IMG/VR virus record: IMGVR_UViG_3300021407_000002
Span: 1-57,107 of that record
Length of the DNA stretch: 57,107 bases
Source of the DNA: a virus
Lineage: Duplodnaviria; Caudoviricetes
Direction: 5' to 3' (one strand)
Every line of letters starts with the position of its first letter. The stretch's first letter is position 1. The notes beneath the pieces were generated by a model, which saw nothing but the letters and a program-made list of their open reading frames with translations, did not search any database and had not been told where the DNA came from. Below are positions 9,091-19,031 of this stretch, piece after piece. Both the position numbers and the translations under genes were made by a program.

Positions 9091-9489
9091 TCATTCCTCC
9101 GGGTCATAGAGGGGTGCGACCATTACTGGCGGTAGTGCGACCATCGAAGCGTCGCCGTATAGCTCCGCATCAACCTTGACGTAGCGCCGCGCATCATCCC
9201 GCTGCACGCGCTTGGCGCGATACCGCTGGCCATTGACCACGAAGTGATGCTCGGTTGTCAGGTCCTCACGATAGCGGAATGTCAGCACGTGGGTTGGACG
9301 CTCAGTGACCGCGAAACCCACGCCCCACGCGACCTCGCCAGTGGTCGGCTCGATGGAGCACCAGGCAGTGCCGGTCACGGTATAGAGCGGCTTGGATTGC
9401 TCATCGTCCGTTACTGGAATGTCGCGCCAGAGCTGGATTTCGGCCAGGTTGCGGTAACGCCCGATCGGGGGCGCCTTGGGCAATGGCAT
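9091..9489 (-). CDS. Head closure (head-tail adaptor, SPP1 gp16-like)
   Basis: IGRYRNLAEIQ..AWCSIEP..THVLTFRYREDLT; TGATG overlap. Confidence 0.85.
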   Translation of the reverse strand: MPLPKAPPIGRYRNLAEIQLWRDIPVTDDEQSKPLYTVTGTAWCSIEPTTGEVAWGVGFAVTERPTHVLTFRYREDLTTEHHFVVNGQRYRAKRVQRDDARRYVKVDAELYGDASMVALPPVMVAPLYDPEE

Positions 9490-10199
9490 CAGGCAAACCC
9501 GAGTTGCCGATAGGCAACGAGCAGCGCATCCCACCCCGTCTGCACCATTGGCGTGAGGGTGAATTGCGTGCTCGATTCACGGTTTTCATACCAGGTCGCG
9601 ATTGCCAGCAGCAGGGCTTGCTTAATGTCCGGATCGATGTCGGCCGGATCTTCGCGCCCACATCGGAAGGTGATCCCGACCGCCAGCGGCCCCGGCGTGA
9701 GGTTGGCGACATCCCAGTCGGCCGCGCCGCCGTCCCAGGATGAGCCGCCCTGATTGCTGTCCCAGGTGGACGACATGTTGGTGGGCCAGTGGCCACCAAC
9801 CGGATACATTACGGCGGGAAACCGATCATCAGGCTCGACAATGAACTGGTTAACTGGCACCGGCCCGCCGCTCAGTGTGACCGACACCAGCTCTGCGAAT
9901 GGCGGATAGGGCAGTTCAAGCCCGGTATACCCTGGCGGCCAGGCGTGCAGCGTCAGCAGCCAGTCTTGAGTCATGATCGCATACGTGCAGTGCCGCTGCA
10001 GTAGCCCGACCGCAGCGGTGAGCATGCCGGTTAGCAATGCCTGTTCGGGTCCAGTCTCGGCCCCTGGGTCGAGGCGCAGGTGGGCCACGATCTCGGACAG
10101 TTCGAGCGGCAACCTGGTCGGGCCCATGGTGCGCCGCAGACGCGGGTGGAGATCGGGGCGGTTCCACGACCAGCGCCGACCCCAGGGTGACCAGCTCAC
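9489..10199 (-). CDS. Head-tail connector (HK97 gp6 / phiE125 gp8-like)
   Basis: PLELSEIVAHLRLD..IKQALLLAIATWYENRES. Confidence 0.9.
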   Translation of the reverse strand: MSWSPWGRRWSWNRPDLHPRLRRTMGPTRLPLELSEIVAHLRLDPGAETGPEQALLTGMLTAAVGLLQRHCTYAIMTQDWLLTLHAWPPGYTGLELPYPPFAELVSVTLSGGPVPVNQFIVEPDDRFPAVMYPVGGHWPTNMSSTWDSNQGGSSWDGGAADWDVANLTPGPLAVGITFRCGREDPADIDPDIKQALLLAIATWYENRESSTQFTLTPMVQTGWDALLVAYRQLGFA

Positions 10200-11641
10200 G
10201 GGCCAGCCTCCAATGCCGCCACGCGCAGCTCTAGTGCCGCGATCGTCGCATTGACGTTGGCAATCGCGGTGTCGACATATCCGCGGTTTGCAGCATGGGC
10301 GGCGAGCACAGGCGGAACGTCCAGGGTCAAAATGCCGTTGATGGTCCCGCCGCTGAGCTGCAAATAGCGGGCATCGGCGGCAGCTTGGGTCAGCAGTGGT
10401 GCAACCGCATCATCGACATATTGCCGGTTGACTGCATCGGTGGCGGCGGCCGGGCCGAGCAAACTGGTAATCCGATTGTTGACCATGCTCAGCGGCACGC
10501 TCGACATCGCCGTGGTCGGTGTCCACTGCCACATAACGACGCCGTTGATGTCGACCACAACGGCACCAGCCGCGCCGAATAGTCCTGTCGTCGGCGCGCC
10601 AATCTGCAACGCGGGTGCATTCAGTGCACCGTTCGGCAGCAGCAGCGGTCCGGTCAGCGTGCCACCAGCCTGTTGCAGGTATTTCGCGTCGGCATCGGCC
10701 TCAGTGATCCCGCCGCCCCCGCCGCCACCGCTGGCAATGCCACCAGACGGCTCGACCCCTGGCAGGAACAGCGACCAGTCGGCGTTCTGGCTGCTCGGCA
10801 CTCCTTCGGTCCTGGCCAGCGCCATCCAGAGCGAATACCCGAGCCGCACCACGTCGCCGCTGACGTAGCTGTCGCCTGGCTGATAGGATCCGCGATAGCG
10901 AAACACTGTGACGTCGAGGGGTTCGGATACCTCGTCATCGTCGAAGATGAGGCCAAGCAGGCCAGGCCCCGGGCTATACGGTGCCCTGATGCCCCTGCCT
11001 GGTCGCCCCTGTAGGCCAACACCCCCAGGCGTGCCGGCCGGCCCAGGCAGGCCCTGGGCGCCTGTAGCGCCTCGCTCGCCGGCTGGCCCTGGCTTGCCAC
11101 GATCGCCCTCGTGTCCGTCAGCTCCACGCGCCGCCACGATTTGCCAGCCAGGTCCACCGAGAGGCCCCGGCTGCTGGTGGAGTGCCCGCCAGGTGGCGCC
11201 GTTGTGCGCGACCTCATCGCCGGCCCCGTAGTCACCGTCGAGGGTGTAGAGACCGCGATGGAGAGGCAGCGGCAGACGCACCGGAAGGTCGACCACGTTG
11301 CCTGATGCCAGCGTAACGACGAAGCCGAATTGACGCGGGTCGGCCCCCTCTTGGTAGGCATGCACCGCGCGGATGCCATCGGCCAGCAGCAACCATTCGC
11401 CGATCCTGCCAGGTGGTCGAGCTGCTGTCGGCTGGCGTGCCTGCCACAAGCCGCCATTGAAGTGGACCACGGCGGCCTGCTCGTAGATGTCACCCTCGCG
11501 CCAGACGCGGGCGGCCTGGGTGAGATCGATCGGCGCGGTGCGGGCAGGTTCCGCGATGCCGATCAGTCGTCCAGCTTGTGGCGCATTGAACCGATCAGCC
11601 AGAGCTGCGGCCACGGCTTCGGCGATTTCGGGGATGTCCAT
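10196..11641 (-). CDS. Collagen-repeat fibre protein, paralog 3 (481 aa)
   Basis: Gly-X-Y run, Y..GD(E/V)V...W repeats, GGTLTGPL / ANRGYVD fibre motifs. Confidence 0.75.
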   Translation of the reverse strand: MDIPEIAEAVAAALADRFNAPQAGRLIGIAEPARTAPIDLTQAARVWREGDIYEQAAVVHFNGGLWQARQPTAARPPGRIGEWLLLADGIRAVHAYQEGADPRQFGFVVTLASGNVVDLPVRLPLPLHRGLYTLDGDYGAGDEVAHNGATWRALHQQPGPLGGPGWQIVAARGADGHEGDRGKPGPAGERGATGAQGLPGPAGTPGGVGLQGRPGRGIRAPYSPGPGLLGLIFDDDEVSEPLDVTVFRYRGSYQPGDSYVSGDVVRLGYSLWMALARTEGVPSSQNADWSLFLPGVEPSGGIASGGGGGGGITEADADAKYLQQAGGTLTGPLLLPNGALNAPALQIGAPTTGLFGAAGAVVVDINGVVMWQWTPTTAMSSVPLSMVNNRITSLLGPAAATDAVNRQYVDDAVAPLLTQAAADARYLQLSGGTINGILTLDVPPVLAAHAANRGYVDTAIANVNATIAALELRVAALEAGP

Positions 11642-14079
11642 CAGGCAGGGCCTAAATCTTGAACCGATACGAGGGTGCGCATATTCGGTGCGATCGTTCC
11701 GCCAGCGCCGACCTGGATCAGCGGGCCGCCAGTGCTGGTCGCGCTGATAGACAACAGGACGCGGACCGTGCCGCTGCTCGCATCAACCGCTGCGGTGAGT
11801 TTTACCGGAGTGCGGAATATACCGGTTGAATTGCTGGTCATTTTATACGCGACGAGCGTGCTCACGAGCGCGATCAAATTTGACGCATAGGTCAATTCCC
11901 AAATCGTGCCAACCGGATCGGTCGAGGCGAAGATCGGATCGATTGATACACCAATGTTGCGGATTCCTGACCCGCCAGCCGGCATCGGGAAATTGACATC
12001 GAGGAAGGTTAGAGCGGCGGCACTGATCGTGATTTCAACCGGCTGGTAAACGAGCGTGCGCAGGGCTGTCGGTGCGGTGGCAGCGGCAATAGCATCGTCG
12101 ACATATTGCCGGTTGGCTGCATCGCTAGCAGCGGCCGGCGCGGGCAGGTTTAGAATCCGATTGTTGACCATGCTCAGCGGCACGGTCGACATCGCGAGCG
12201 TCGTGGTCCATTGCCAGGTGATAGCGCCAGCAAGGTCGACGATCAGGGCATTGGCTGCCGAGAATAATCCGGTGGCATTGCTGCCGAACTGCAACGAGGG
12301 CGCGGCCAATGAGCCTTGCGGCAGTAGCAGCGGCCCGGTCATGATGTCGCCGGCCTTCTGCACGCCGAGTGCTCGCGTCAATACCTCGCTGAGGTTCGAT
12401 CCGTCATTGTTTTCGATCCAGACCGTCTCGCCCCCGCCACCGCGCCGCAGAACGACTCCATTATTCCAATGGATGCCCCCGCCGCGCCCGCCAAGGTTCA
12501 TTCCGATGTCGCCATCCGGACCGGACAAGGCATAAAGGTCGATGTCGCCGCGCACTAAACCGCCAGTTGCCAATTGCAGATAGCGGGTATCGGCATCGCC
12601 CTGCGAAATCCCGCCCTCGCCCTCGACCAGGATGCGGCGGCGTGATCCTGTCACGCCACTGTTATCCTCGATCATTACGCCAGGGTTACCAGCGGTTTGG
12701 CGAAACACCAGAGTATTCGCGTTGACGTAAGCAACCGCCAATCCGGCTTGCCAGACGATACCTTGATCGGTGGCTGCGAAGTTTAGCGCGCCGTCCATTG
12801 TGCCGCCCGCGAGCCGCAGATACCGCGCATCGAGAGTTGGCAGATCGGGACCGCCGACTTGCGCATCGACGTATGCCTTGTTTGCGACATCAAAAGGAAC
12901 AGTCGGCTGGGTAAAGACGTTTACGTGCGGCGCGCCATCGAGGCCCGGATAAATGCCCATGGCATCCATCATGGTGAGGCCCACCAATACAGAGAATGTT
13001 AGCTCGCCGCCTTCGCCCAGCCGCGCGAAGCTGCGCATACCACTGAACACCGTGTTGCCATCGCCAGCGGCAAATTGCAGCACGTTAACCTGGTTATCAC
13101 CACGAAGCTGCAACGGCCCGGCCATGAAGTCGCCGCCAGCTTTGTTGACATACCGCGCGTCGAGCGTGGGAAGGTCGGGCGTGCCGCCGCCACTCTGCCC
13201 GCCGCCACTGATCCCGGTCTCGGCGGATGGGAGATACAACGACCACTTGGTCGAGGTTGCAGTCGGCACGTCGCCCGTGGGCTCGACGCATATCCACAGC
13301 GCGAAGCCGAGCCGCACGATGTCGCCGCGCTGGTAGTCTGCACCAGGCTGGTAAATCCCGACGAAGCGCATGCTGGACACGTCGACCGGATTGGTGATCG
13401 AGCCATCCTGCAAGACGACGCGCACGAAGCCTGGCTGGCCTGGCACTGCCTCGACGCCCGCGATGCCGAAACCATCCTGACCTGGTGCACCAGGCTCGCC
13501 CTTGGCGCCTGTGAAGCCGCGCGGTCCAATCTCACCCGGTGCACCTGGCGGACCGACCTCGCCTACCGGCCCACGCTCGCCAGCGATGCCCTGCCGCCCC
13601 CTGGCCGCTACTACCACCCACCCAGCGTCGTCGGGCGACCCAGGCGCCTCTATAAGCGCGCGGAAGGTGGCCCCGGCATACTCGACCTCGTCACCCTCGA
13701 AGTAGTGGGCACCAGGCCGATACTGGCCTCGGTGCACTGGCAGCGCGAGACGGAACGGCAGGTCGATCGTCTTGCCACCAGTCAGCCCGACCATGAGGCC
13801 GAACACGCGCGGGTCTTCGCGATCCTGGTAGCTCCGCACCAGGCGAATGCCGTTGGTGAGCAACAGCCATTCACCAGTCTCGGCTGACGGCCGCGAGGCG
13901 GTGCGGATGCGTGCCTGCCAGACGCCGCCCTGATGGTGGACGACGGTGCCCTGCTCGTGGATTTCACCAGGTGCCCAATCACGGGCGAGTTGGGTGAAGG
14001 ACACGCGCGGTCCCGCCTGGTCGATCAGCCTGGCGGCCACCTCGTCGGCGAACCTGGTCAGGTCGAGGTCGTCAGGCAC
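11641..14079 (-). CDS. Collagen-repeat fibre protein, paralog 2 (812 aa)
   Basis: Same N-terminal module and collagen run; DARYxxxAGG repeats. Confidence 0.75.
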   Translation of the reverse strand: MPDDLDLTRFADEVAARLIDQAGPRVSFTQLARDWAPGEIHEQGTVVHHQGGVWQARIRTASRPSAETGEWLLLTNGIRLVRSYQDREDPRVFGLMVGLTGGKTIDLPFRLALPVHRGQYRPGAHYFEGDEVEYAGATFRALIEAPGSPDDAGWVVVAARGRQGIAGERGPVGEVGPPGAPGEIGPRGFTGAKGEPGAPGQDGFGIAGVEAVPGQPGFVRVVLQDGSITNPVDVSSMRFVGIYQPGADYQRGDIVRLGFALWICVEPTGDVPTATSTKWSLYLPSAETGISGGGQSGGGTPDLPTLDARYVNKAGGDFMAGPLQLRGDNQVNVLQFAAGDGNTVFSGMRSFARLGEGGELTFSVLVGLTMMDAMGIYPGLDGAPHVNVFTQPTVPFDVANKAYVDAQVGGPDLPTLDARYLRLAGGTMDGALNFAATDQGIVWQAGLAVAYVNANTLVFRQTAGNPGVMIEDNSGVTGSRRRILVEGEGGISQGDADTRYLQLATGGLVRGDIDLYALSGPDGDIGMNLGGRGGGIHWNNGVVLRRGGGGETVWIENNDGSNLSEVLTRALGVQKAGDIMTGPLLLPQGSLAAPSLQFGSNATGLFSAANALIVDLAGAITWQWTTTLAMSTVPLSMVNNRILNLPAPAAASDAANRQYVDDAIAAATAPTALRTLVYQPVEITISAAALTFLDVNFPMPAGGSGIRNIGVSIDPIFASTDPVGTIWELTYASNLIALVSTLVAYKMTSNSTGIFRTPVKLTAAVDASSGTVRVLLSISATSTGGPLIQVGAGGTIAPNMRTLVSVQDLGPA

Positions 14080-17000
14080 TACTGCGGCCCCATATCCGAC
14101 AAATAGATTTGCGTGCGGTGATCATCGAAGCCGCTCCCGACGCCCATCATCGTGATAGCCGGACCAGACAACATTCGAACTTGAATCGATATAGTCGGGT
14201 TGTTGCCCGTCACCGCCGCCATGAACGCGATTTGGCCGCCGCTGATGTCCTGCGCCACGGTGGTCGTCTTTTGATGGAGGCTCTGCCGGATGCGGGCAGT
14301 GCTGCCGTTCACGCCCCATTGGAATAACCAACTACTATTAAGCGCTGCGGTCGATGTAAGACCTGGAACAACGATGATCGAGACAAACGAATTACCTCCG
14401 CGAGGAATGTTGAACGTGCCCGTCCAGAGCGTAAGGAAATTCGCAGTCAGCACGAGCTGGTTTGGTTCTATAAGTCGGCTTAATCCGCGCCCGTATCGCG
14501 CATCGCCGTTGATCGTATCGATGATCGCGCGGCGGTTCGTTCCGTTGTTGTCCTCGATCTGCGGCTGGGTGTTGGCAGTGTGGCAACGGATCATCATACC
14601 GGTGCCGAATGCCTTGTAGAAGCGGCCACCCGAGTTTGTTGTAAGGCCATAACCATCACCAGCAGCAACGAAGTCGCGGTTTACGTTTTCGACTATTCCA
14701 TACAGTTCGATATACCGCTCGATGTTGCCCGCCTCGGTCGCGATGCCGACAATGTTTAGACCACGATTGAACAGCCTCGCGCCGACCTTGCCATCGTTGA
14801 CGTCAGTCGGGGTGCCATGGCCGAAGCGAACGAAGCCGCCATTGGTCATGGTGAGGTTGCTGGTCGCGAGCGTAGTGCCCGCTATTTCGAGGCCCGTAAG
14901 CAGGGCGCGTTGTGTGCCGCCGAGCGTGACGCCGCCAGCCAGTGCCTCGGGCGGTTTCGGGATTATGACTTGATTTGTGGTCTGCACGTCGCGCGTCATA
15001 CCCGTGCAGTGCAGCTTAAAGCGTGGCGAAGCGCCGGCGGTGCGTATGCGCGCCTCTAGTCGTTTTGGGTTCGCATTGGCCGTATCACTTAACCGAAACT
15101 GATCGAACAGAAGACCGCTAGGATTGCGCGACATCGATACGATCGACATCGTCGCAGCACCGAACGTCGTGGTGACCTCCAATACGAACGAGCAATCAAT
15201 GTTGGTGCCGTAAATATCGGCTTGGAAGCGGAAGCTGCCGTATGCCGGCAAGGTTATTAGAAGCATCCAGTTATTCGCTGCGTAATTCGTCGCCGATGGC
15301 ACGCCTTCCCAGTAGTCGCCCTGGTTATAGCCGTATAGGTCGACTGTAGAATAATCCGGCACGGCTGGCGCTACCGGGATCGCGAGACGGGCACGAAATA
15401 GCATGTTGTCAAAGCGGACGATTTCACCGGCCGTGATGTTCAGGCCAGCCATCCAATCGCGCACGCGGCCCTGATTGGCATCGACATAGCGCCGGGTCGC
15501 CGCATGCAGTTCCGAGACAGGATCATCGAACAGGGTCAAATACCCCTGCATATCATCGCCAGTCTTGACGATATAGCGCGCGTCACCCTCCGGCCGGGTC
15601 AATCCTCCTCCGGAACCTGTCAGGTGCTGCCACTCGCCCAAGGTCGACGACCAGAGAATCCAGTCGTGGTTAAAAATCGTCTGCCCGCCGATGCCAGGCA
15701 CGCCGGCCGGCGCATTTTCAGGCACCTGCGGGTCGTCCGTCTCTGCAATGAAGTAATCGCCTGGCTGCGCCGCCCAGGTGATCAGGTCCGGGTTATTCGC
15801 CGCCACGCGCCACAAGCCTTGATAGCGGATGAGTGAAGTTGCAAGCGTATCGATGTAACCCTTGCGCGCAAGATCATTGTCATCGATCGGATCGCCGGCG
15901 AGCGTGCGCACCTGGTTTACGACGGTGATCATGCCCGAGCCCAGCCCGATGCGCAGCGGAACGTCCGCGATCGAACCGTCTGCGGCATGACGGACGATGC
16001 CAAGGTCCTCGGCCTGGCCTATCATCGGCGTAACGCCGAAACTCCACTTCCCCGCCCCCTCGCGGGCGAACTGCAATACCTCACCGTCGATCCCGTCGAG
16101 CTGCAAGGCAGCGATCGAGCCGGCGACGGTGCCAAGTGAGACTGACGATGACGGCCCGGTATCTTGAAAGCGCACCACCAGGTTGCCGGTCATGGTATCG
16201 CCGAGCTTGCTCACGAACAGATCCGGCCCGCGATCGAATAGCCCGTCGACATATTGCTTGGTCGACGCATGCAGGTTTGCGACCGGATCGGCGTGCAGCG
16301 TTAGAAAGCCGGTCATCTCGCCACGATCACCGCCGCGACGCATGATCCCGGTGAGTTCGTTCAAGACCTCCGCGCCGTTCCCGAGTTCATCGAGAACGAA
16401 TAAATGGTCCTGACGATCTGCTTGCAGGCAAAGCCCTGTCACTGCGCCTCTTGCAGCAACGAAGACGCCGAAGCGCTCAGTTTCCCATATGATGCCGGGC
16501 GCGCGATTGATCGGCAGAACTGGCGAACCCACGTCGAAGTTTAGGTCGCCGGTCATCATGTCGCCGGCTCTGACCACGAATAGACCGTCAGCCTGGTCGA
16601 CGTATGCCTTGCGCACCAGGTCATCAGCGCCGATCGGATCGCCGCTCACGGTCATTGGCTGGCGCAGCTCCACGTGGCCATCGGCCCACGAGACGCTAAA
16701 ATCGACCGTCGGCGGAAGCCCGTTCCGCAAAATGGTGAAGTCTTGCCGCGCGTCGTAATGCAGCGCGCCGACTTCCCAGCGTGGCCCGGCCGGGTCAGCC
16801 CATTGAATGAGCGTGCCCTCACCACCCTCTAGGCGGAATGTCGCCCGGCCGAGGGTTTCGTTACCAGGTGGCCCTTGAACATTCCTGATTAGAATGCGGT
16901 TGTTGGTGACGGTCAGCGGCCCGGTCATCACGTCGCCGGTCTTGGCGACATAGGCACCAGGCAGCAGATCGTTAAAATCATCGACGTAACGTTTGGTCAC

Positions 17001-19031
17001 GGCGTCTTGCGGCTGGGTCGGGTCAGCACTCAGTTCCAGGTGCGGCGCCTCACCTGGCACGTCAGGAGGGCGCGAGCGCATCAGGGTCTCGGCACCCTGT
17101 AGCACGCCGGGATTTTCCACCCGGAAAAGGATACTCGGGCCGCCGACGACATCCGACCGCGTCGCATAAATCCTGGCCAGGCCGCCAGCATCGTCTGCCC
17201 AGATGAGCGGCGGTGCAGCTCCGCTCTGATCGCCGTCCTTGTGCAGGAAGACGGAATGATTGATCTGCAACGCGCCGTCGCTCGCCTGGAACCGGATCGG
17301 CACATCGACCGGTTGGCCGTTCTCGAAACGAACAAAGCTCAGATCGTAATTGCCTGCTTGCAGGCCCGTCGTGCCGATAGTCCAACGCCGCTGCCCGTCC
17401 GCCTCGAAGCGCACGAGTGCTGCCTCGGTCCCGCGCAATATAATGGCTGCATCGCCGAAGCCCGAGGTCAGGACAACCTCGGCGCCTGGCGCCCCCGGCG
17501 CTGTGACGCTTAGATTGCCGGTCATCGTATCGCCAGCCTTGAACACATAGAGGTCGTCAGCTTCAAGGCGCGTCAGCCCGCCGCCGCTCAGGTGCTGCCA
17601 TAGGTCAAGCTCGTGCGACCAGATGACGAAGTCGAGATTATGGATCGTTGCGCCGCGCAAGCCAGGAACATCCGCCGTAACGATTTCCGGGATCGCCGGG
17701 TCGGCAGTCTGCGCGGTGTAATAATCACCAGGGTTCGCCAGAAGCGCGGCGTCGATCAGATCCGGATCATTTAGCGCAGGCTGCCACAATCCTTTGTATG
17801 TCGTCTTCGCGCCGACGACCGCATCGACATAGGCTTTCGTGGTGGCATGCGTCGGGTGCGTCGGCGGCCCCGACAAGCCGAGCGCGCCGGCCATGACATC
17901 ACCGGCCCGCATGACATAGGTGTCCGAGCCGGGAATACCGCCGCCTGATGACGGCTCCACCCCAGGCAGGAACATCGCCCAGGCCGGCGTCGTGGCACTG
18001 GGCACCACGTTGGTGCGTTCCCGCGCGATCCACAGGTTGAAACCGAACCGCACCACGTCGCCCGAGGCATAGCTCTGACCTGGTGAATAGGTGCCGGCGT
18101 AGCGGAATACTGTCAGGTCGAGGGGCGGTGAGACCGTGTCGTCGTCGTATTGCAGGGTGAGCAGGCCAGGCCGTTCCTGCCAGACGCTGGCGATGGATCG
18201 GCCGCGAGGCCCGACCTCGCCGGGACGCCCCTGCAAGCCTTCCTGGCCGGGTGCGCCGGCTTCGCCTTGCTCACCCTGCGGCCCTCGCTCGCCCTGCCTC
18301 CCACGCCCCCCACGTTGGGCCACAAGTGCCCATTCATCGGACGGCGGTGAGCTGGTCGCCTTATCCACCAGGCAGCGCCACGACGAGCCGTCAAGCGCGA
18401 CCTCGTCGCCCAGCTCATAGACCACGTCGCCCCGATACTGGCGGCGGTGCAGTGGGATCGGGAAGCGCAGAGGCAGCTCCCGCCGCAGTCCGTCGCTCTG
18501 ATCAATCCCAAGCATGAACGAGCGCGCGTCGAGCTGGGCAACGTCGATCTCGTGCAGACCGTCTGCAATGATGCGCCACGTCGCTGCAGCGGGTCCTGGT
18601 GCCTCGGTCGTGCGGTCGATTGCCTGCCAGGTGCCCCCGAGATGCCGGGCAATCTCTCCGGGGTCATAGACGCGGCCGGGGACGTAGGCATGGGCGATCG
18701 TCAGGTGACCGTCGCGGCCATCCCGTGGACGTGGCGCGGTGGCGAACAGGGCCATCAACCGATCGGGCATGGCCCTGGTTTCTTGCGCCACCAGATTGTG
18801 CAGCGCGCGCACCGCGTCGGCGCTCTGCCGGATGGAATCTTCCGCGCGCCGCCTGGTCTCTTCGAGCAGCTCATCGGCCTGGCTCGTGCGCTCTGCCAGG
18901 CGATCGGCCAGAGCTAGCTCGAATGCGTCAAGCCTGGCCTGGACATCTTCGCGCAGCCGCACCAGCACGGGCGCGACCGCCCGCACGACTGCCTCGGTAG
19001 CAGGGTCAAGCCGCCCGAGATCGCCGTCCAT
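14079..19031 (-). CDS. Collagen-repeat fibre protein, paralog 1 (1650 aa)
   Basis: Coiled-coil start, same module, multiple GDxMTG and TKxYVD repeats, duplicated YxGLW..PGDY..WQHL domain. Confidence 0.75.
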   Translation of the reverse strand: MDGDLGRLDPATEAVVRAVAPVLVRLREDVQARLDAFELALADRLAERTSQADELLEETRRRAEDSIRQSADAVRALHNLVAQETRAMPDRLMALFATAPRPRDGRDGHLTIAHAYVPGRVYDPGEIARHLGGTWQAIDRTTEAPGPAAATWRIIADGLHEIDVAQLDARSFMLGIDQSDGLRRELPLRFPIPLHRRQYRGDVVYELGDEVALDGSSWRCLVDKATSSPPSDEWALVAQRGGRGRQGERGPQGEQGEAGAPGQEGLQGRPGEVGPRGRSIASVWQERPGLLTLQYDDDTVSPPLDLTVFRYAGTYSPGQSYASGDVVRFGFNLWIARERTNVVPSATTPAWAMFLPGVEPSSGGGIPGSDTYVMRAGDVMAGALGLSGPPTHPTHATTKAYVDAVVGAKTTYKGLWQPALNDPDLIDAALLANPGDYYTAQTADPAIPEIVTADVPGLRGATIHNLDFVIWSHELDLWQHLSGGGLTRLEADDLYVFKAGDTMTGNLSVTAPGAPGAEVVLTSGFGDAAIILRGTEAALVRFEADGQRRWTIGTTGLQAGNYDLSFVRFENGQPVDVPIRFQASDGALQINHSVFLHKDGDQSGAAPPLIWADDAGGLARIYATRSDVVGGPSILFRVENPGVLQGAETLMRSRPPDVPGEAPHLELSADPTQPQDAVTKRYVDDFNDLLPGAYVAKTGDVMTGPLTVTNNRILIRNVQGPPGNETLGRATFRLEGGEGTLIQWADPAGPRWEVGALHYDARQDFTILRNGLPPTVDFSVSWADGHVELRQPMTVSGDPIGADDLVRKAYVDQADGLFVVRAGDMMTGDLNFDVGSPVLPINRAPGIIWETERFGVFVAARGAVTGLCLQADRQDHLFVLDELGNGAEVLNELTGIMRRGGDRGEMTGFLTLHADPVANLHASTKQYVDGLFDRGPDLFVSKLGDTMTGNLVVRFQDTGPSSSVSLGTVAGSIAALQLDGIDGEVLQFAREGAGKWSFGVTPMIGQAEDLGIVRHAADGSIADVPLRIGLGSGMITVVNQVRTLAGDPIDDNDLARKGYIDTLATSLIRYQGLWRVAANNPDLITWAAQPGDYFIAETDDPQVPENAPAGVPGIGGQTIFNHDWILWSSTLGEWQHLTGSGGGLTRPEGDARYIVKTGDDMQGYLTLFDDPVSELHAATRRYVDANQGRVRDWMAGLNITAGEIVRFDNMLFRARLAIPVAPAVPDYSTVDLYGYNQGDYWEGVPSATNYAANNWMLLITLPAYGSFRFQADIYGTNIDCSFVLEVTTTFGAATMSIVSMSRNPSGLLFDQFRLSDTANANPKRLEARIRTAGASPRFKLHCTGMTRDVQTTNQVIIPKPPEALAGGVTLGGTQRALLTGLEIAGTTLATSNLTMTNGGFVRFGHGTPTDVNDGKVGARLFNRGLNIVGIATEAGNIERYIELYGIVENVNRDFVAAGDGYGLTTNSGGRFYKAFGTGMMIRCHTANTQPQIEDNNGTNRRAIIDTINGDARYGRGLSRLIEPNQLVLTANFLTLWTGTFNIPRGGNSFVSIIVVPGLTSTAALNSSWLFQWGVNGSTARIRQSLHQKTTTVAQDISGGQIAFMAAVTGNNPTISIQVRMLSGPAITMMGVGSGFDDHRTQIYLSDMGPQ

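Noticed and set aside
1-9500. Mu-like transposable phage
   Set aside because: Only the tail is Mu-like; there is no MuA/MuB, and a tyrosine integrase and HK97-type head are present.
10196-19031. Diversity-generating retroelement or invertible fibre cassette
   Set aside because: No reverse transcriptase or serine invertase is present; the repeats are direct and do not differ specifically at adenines.
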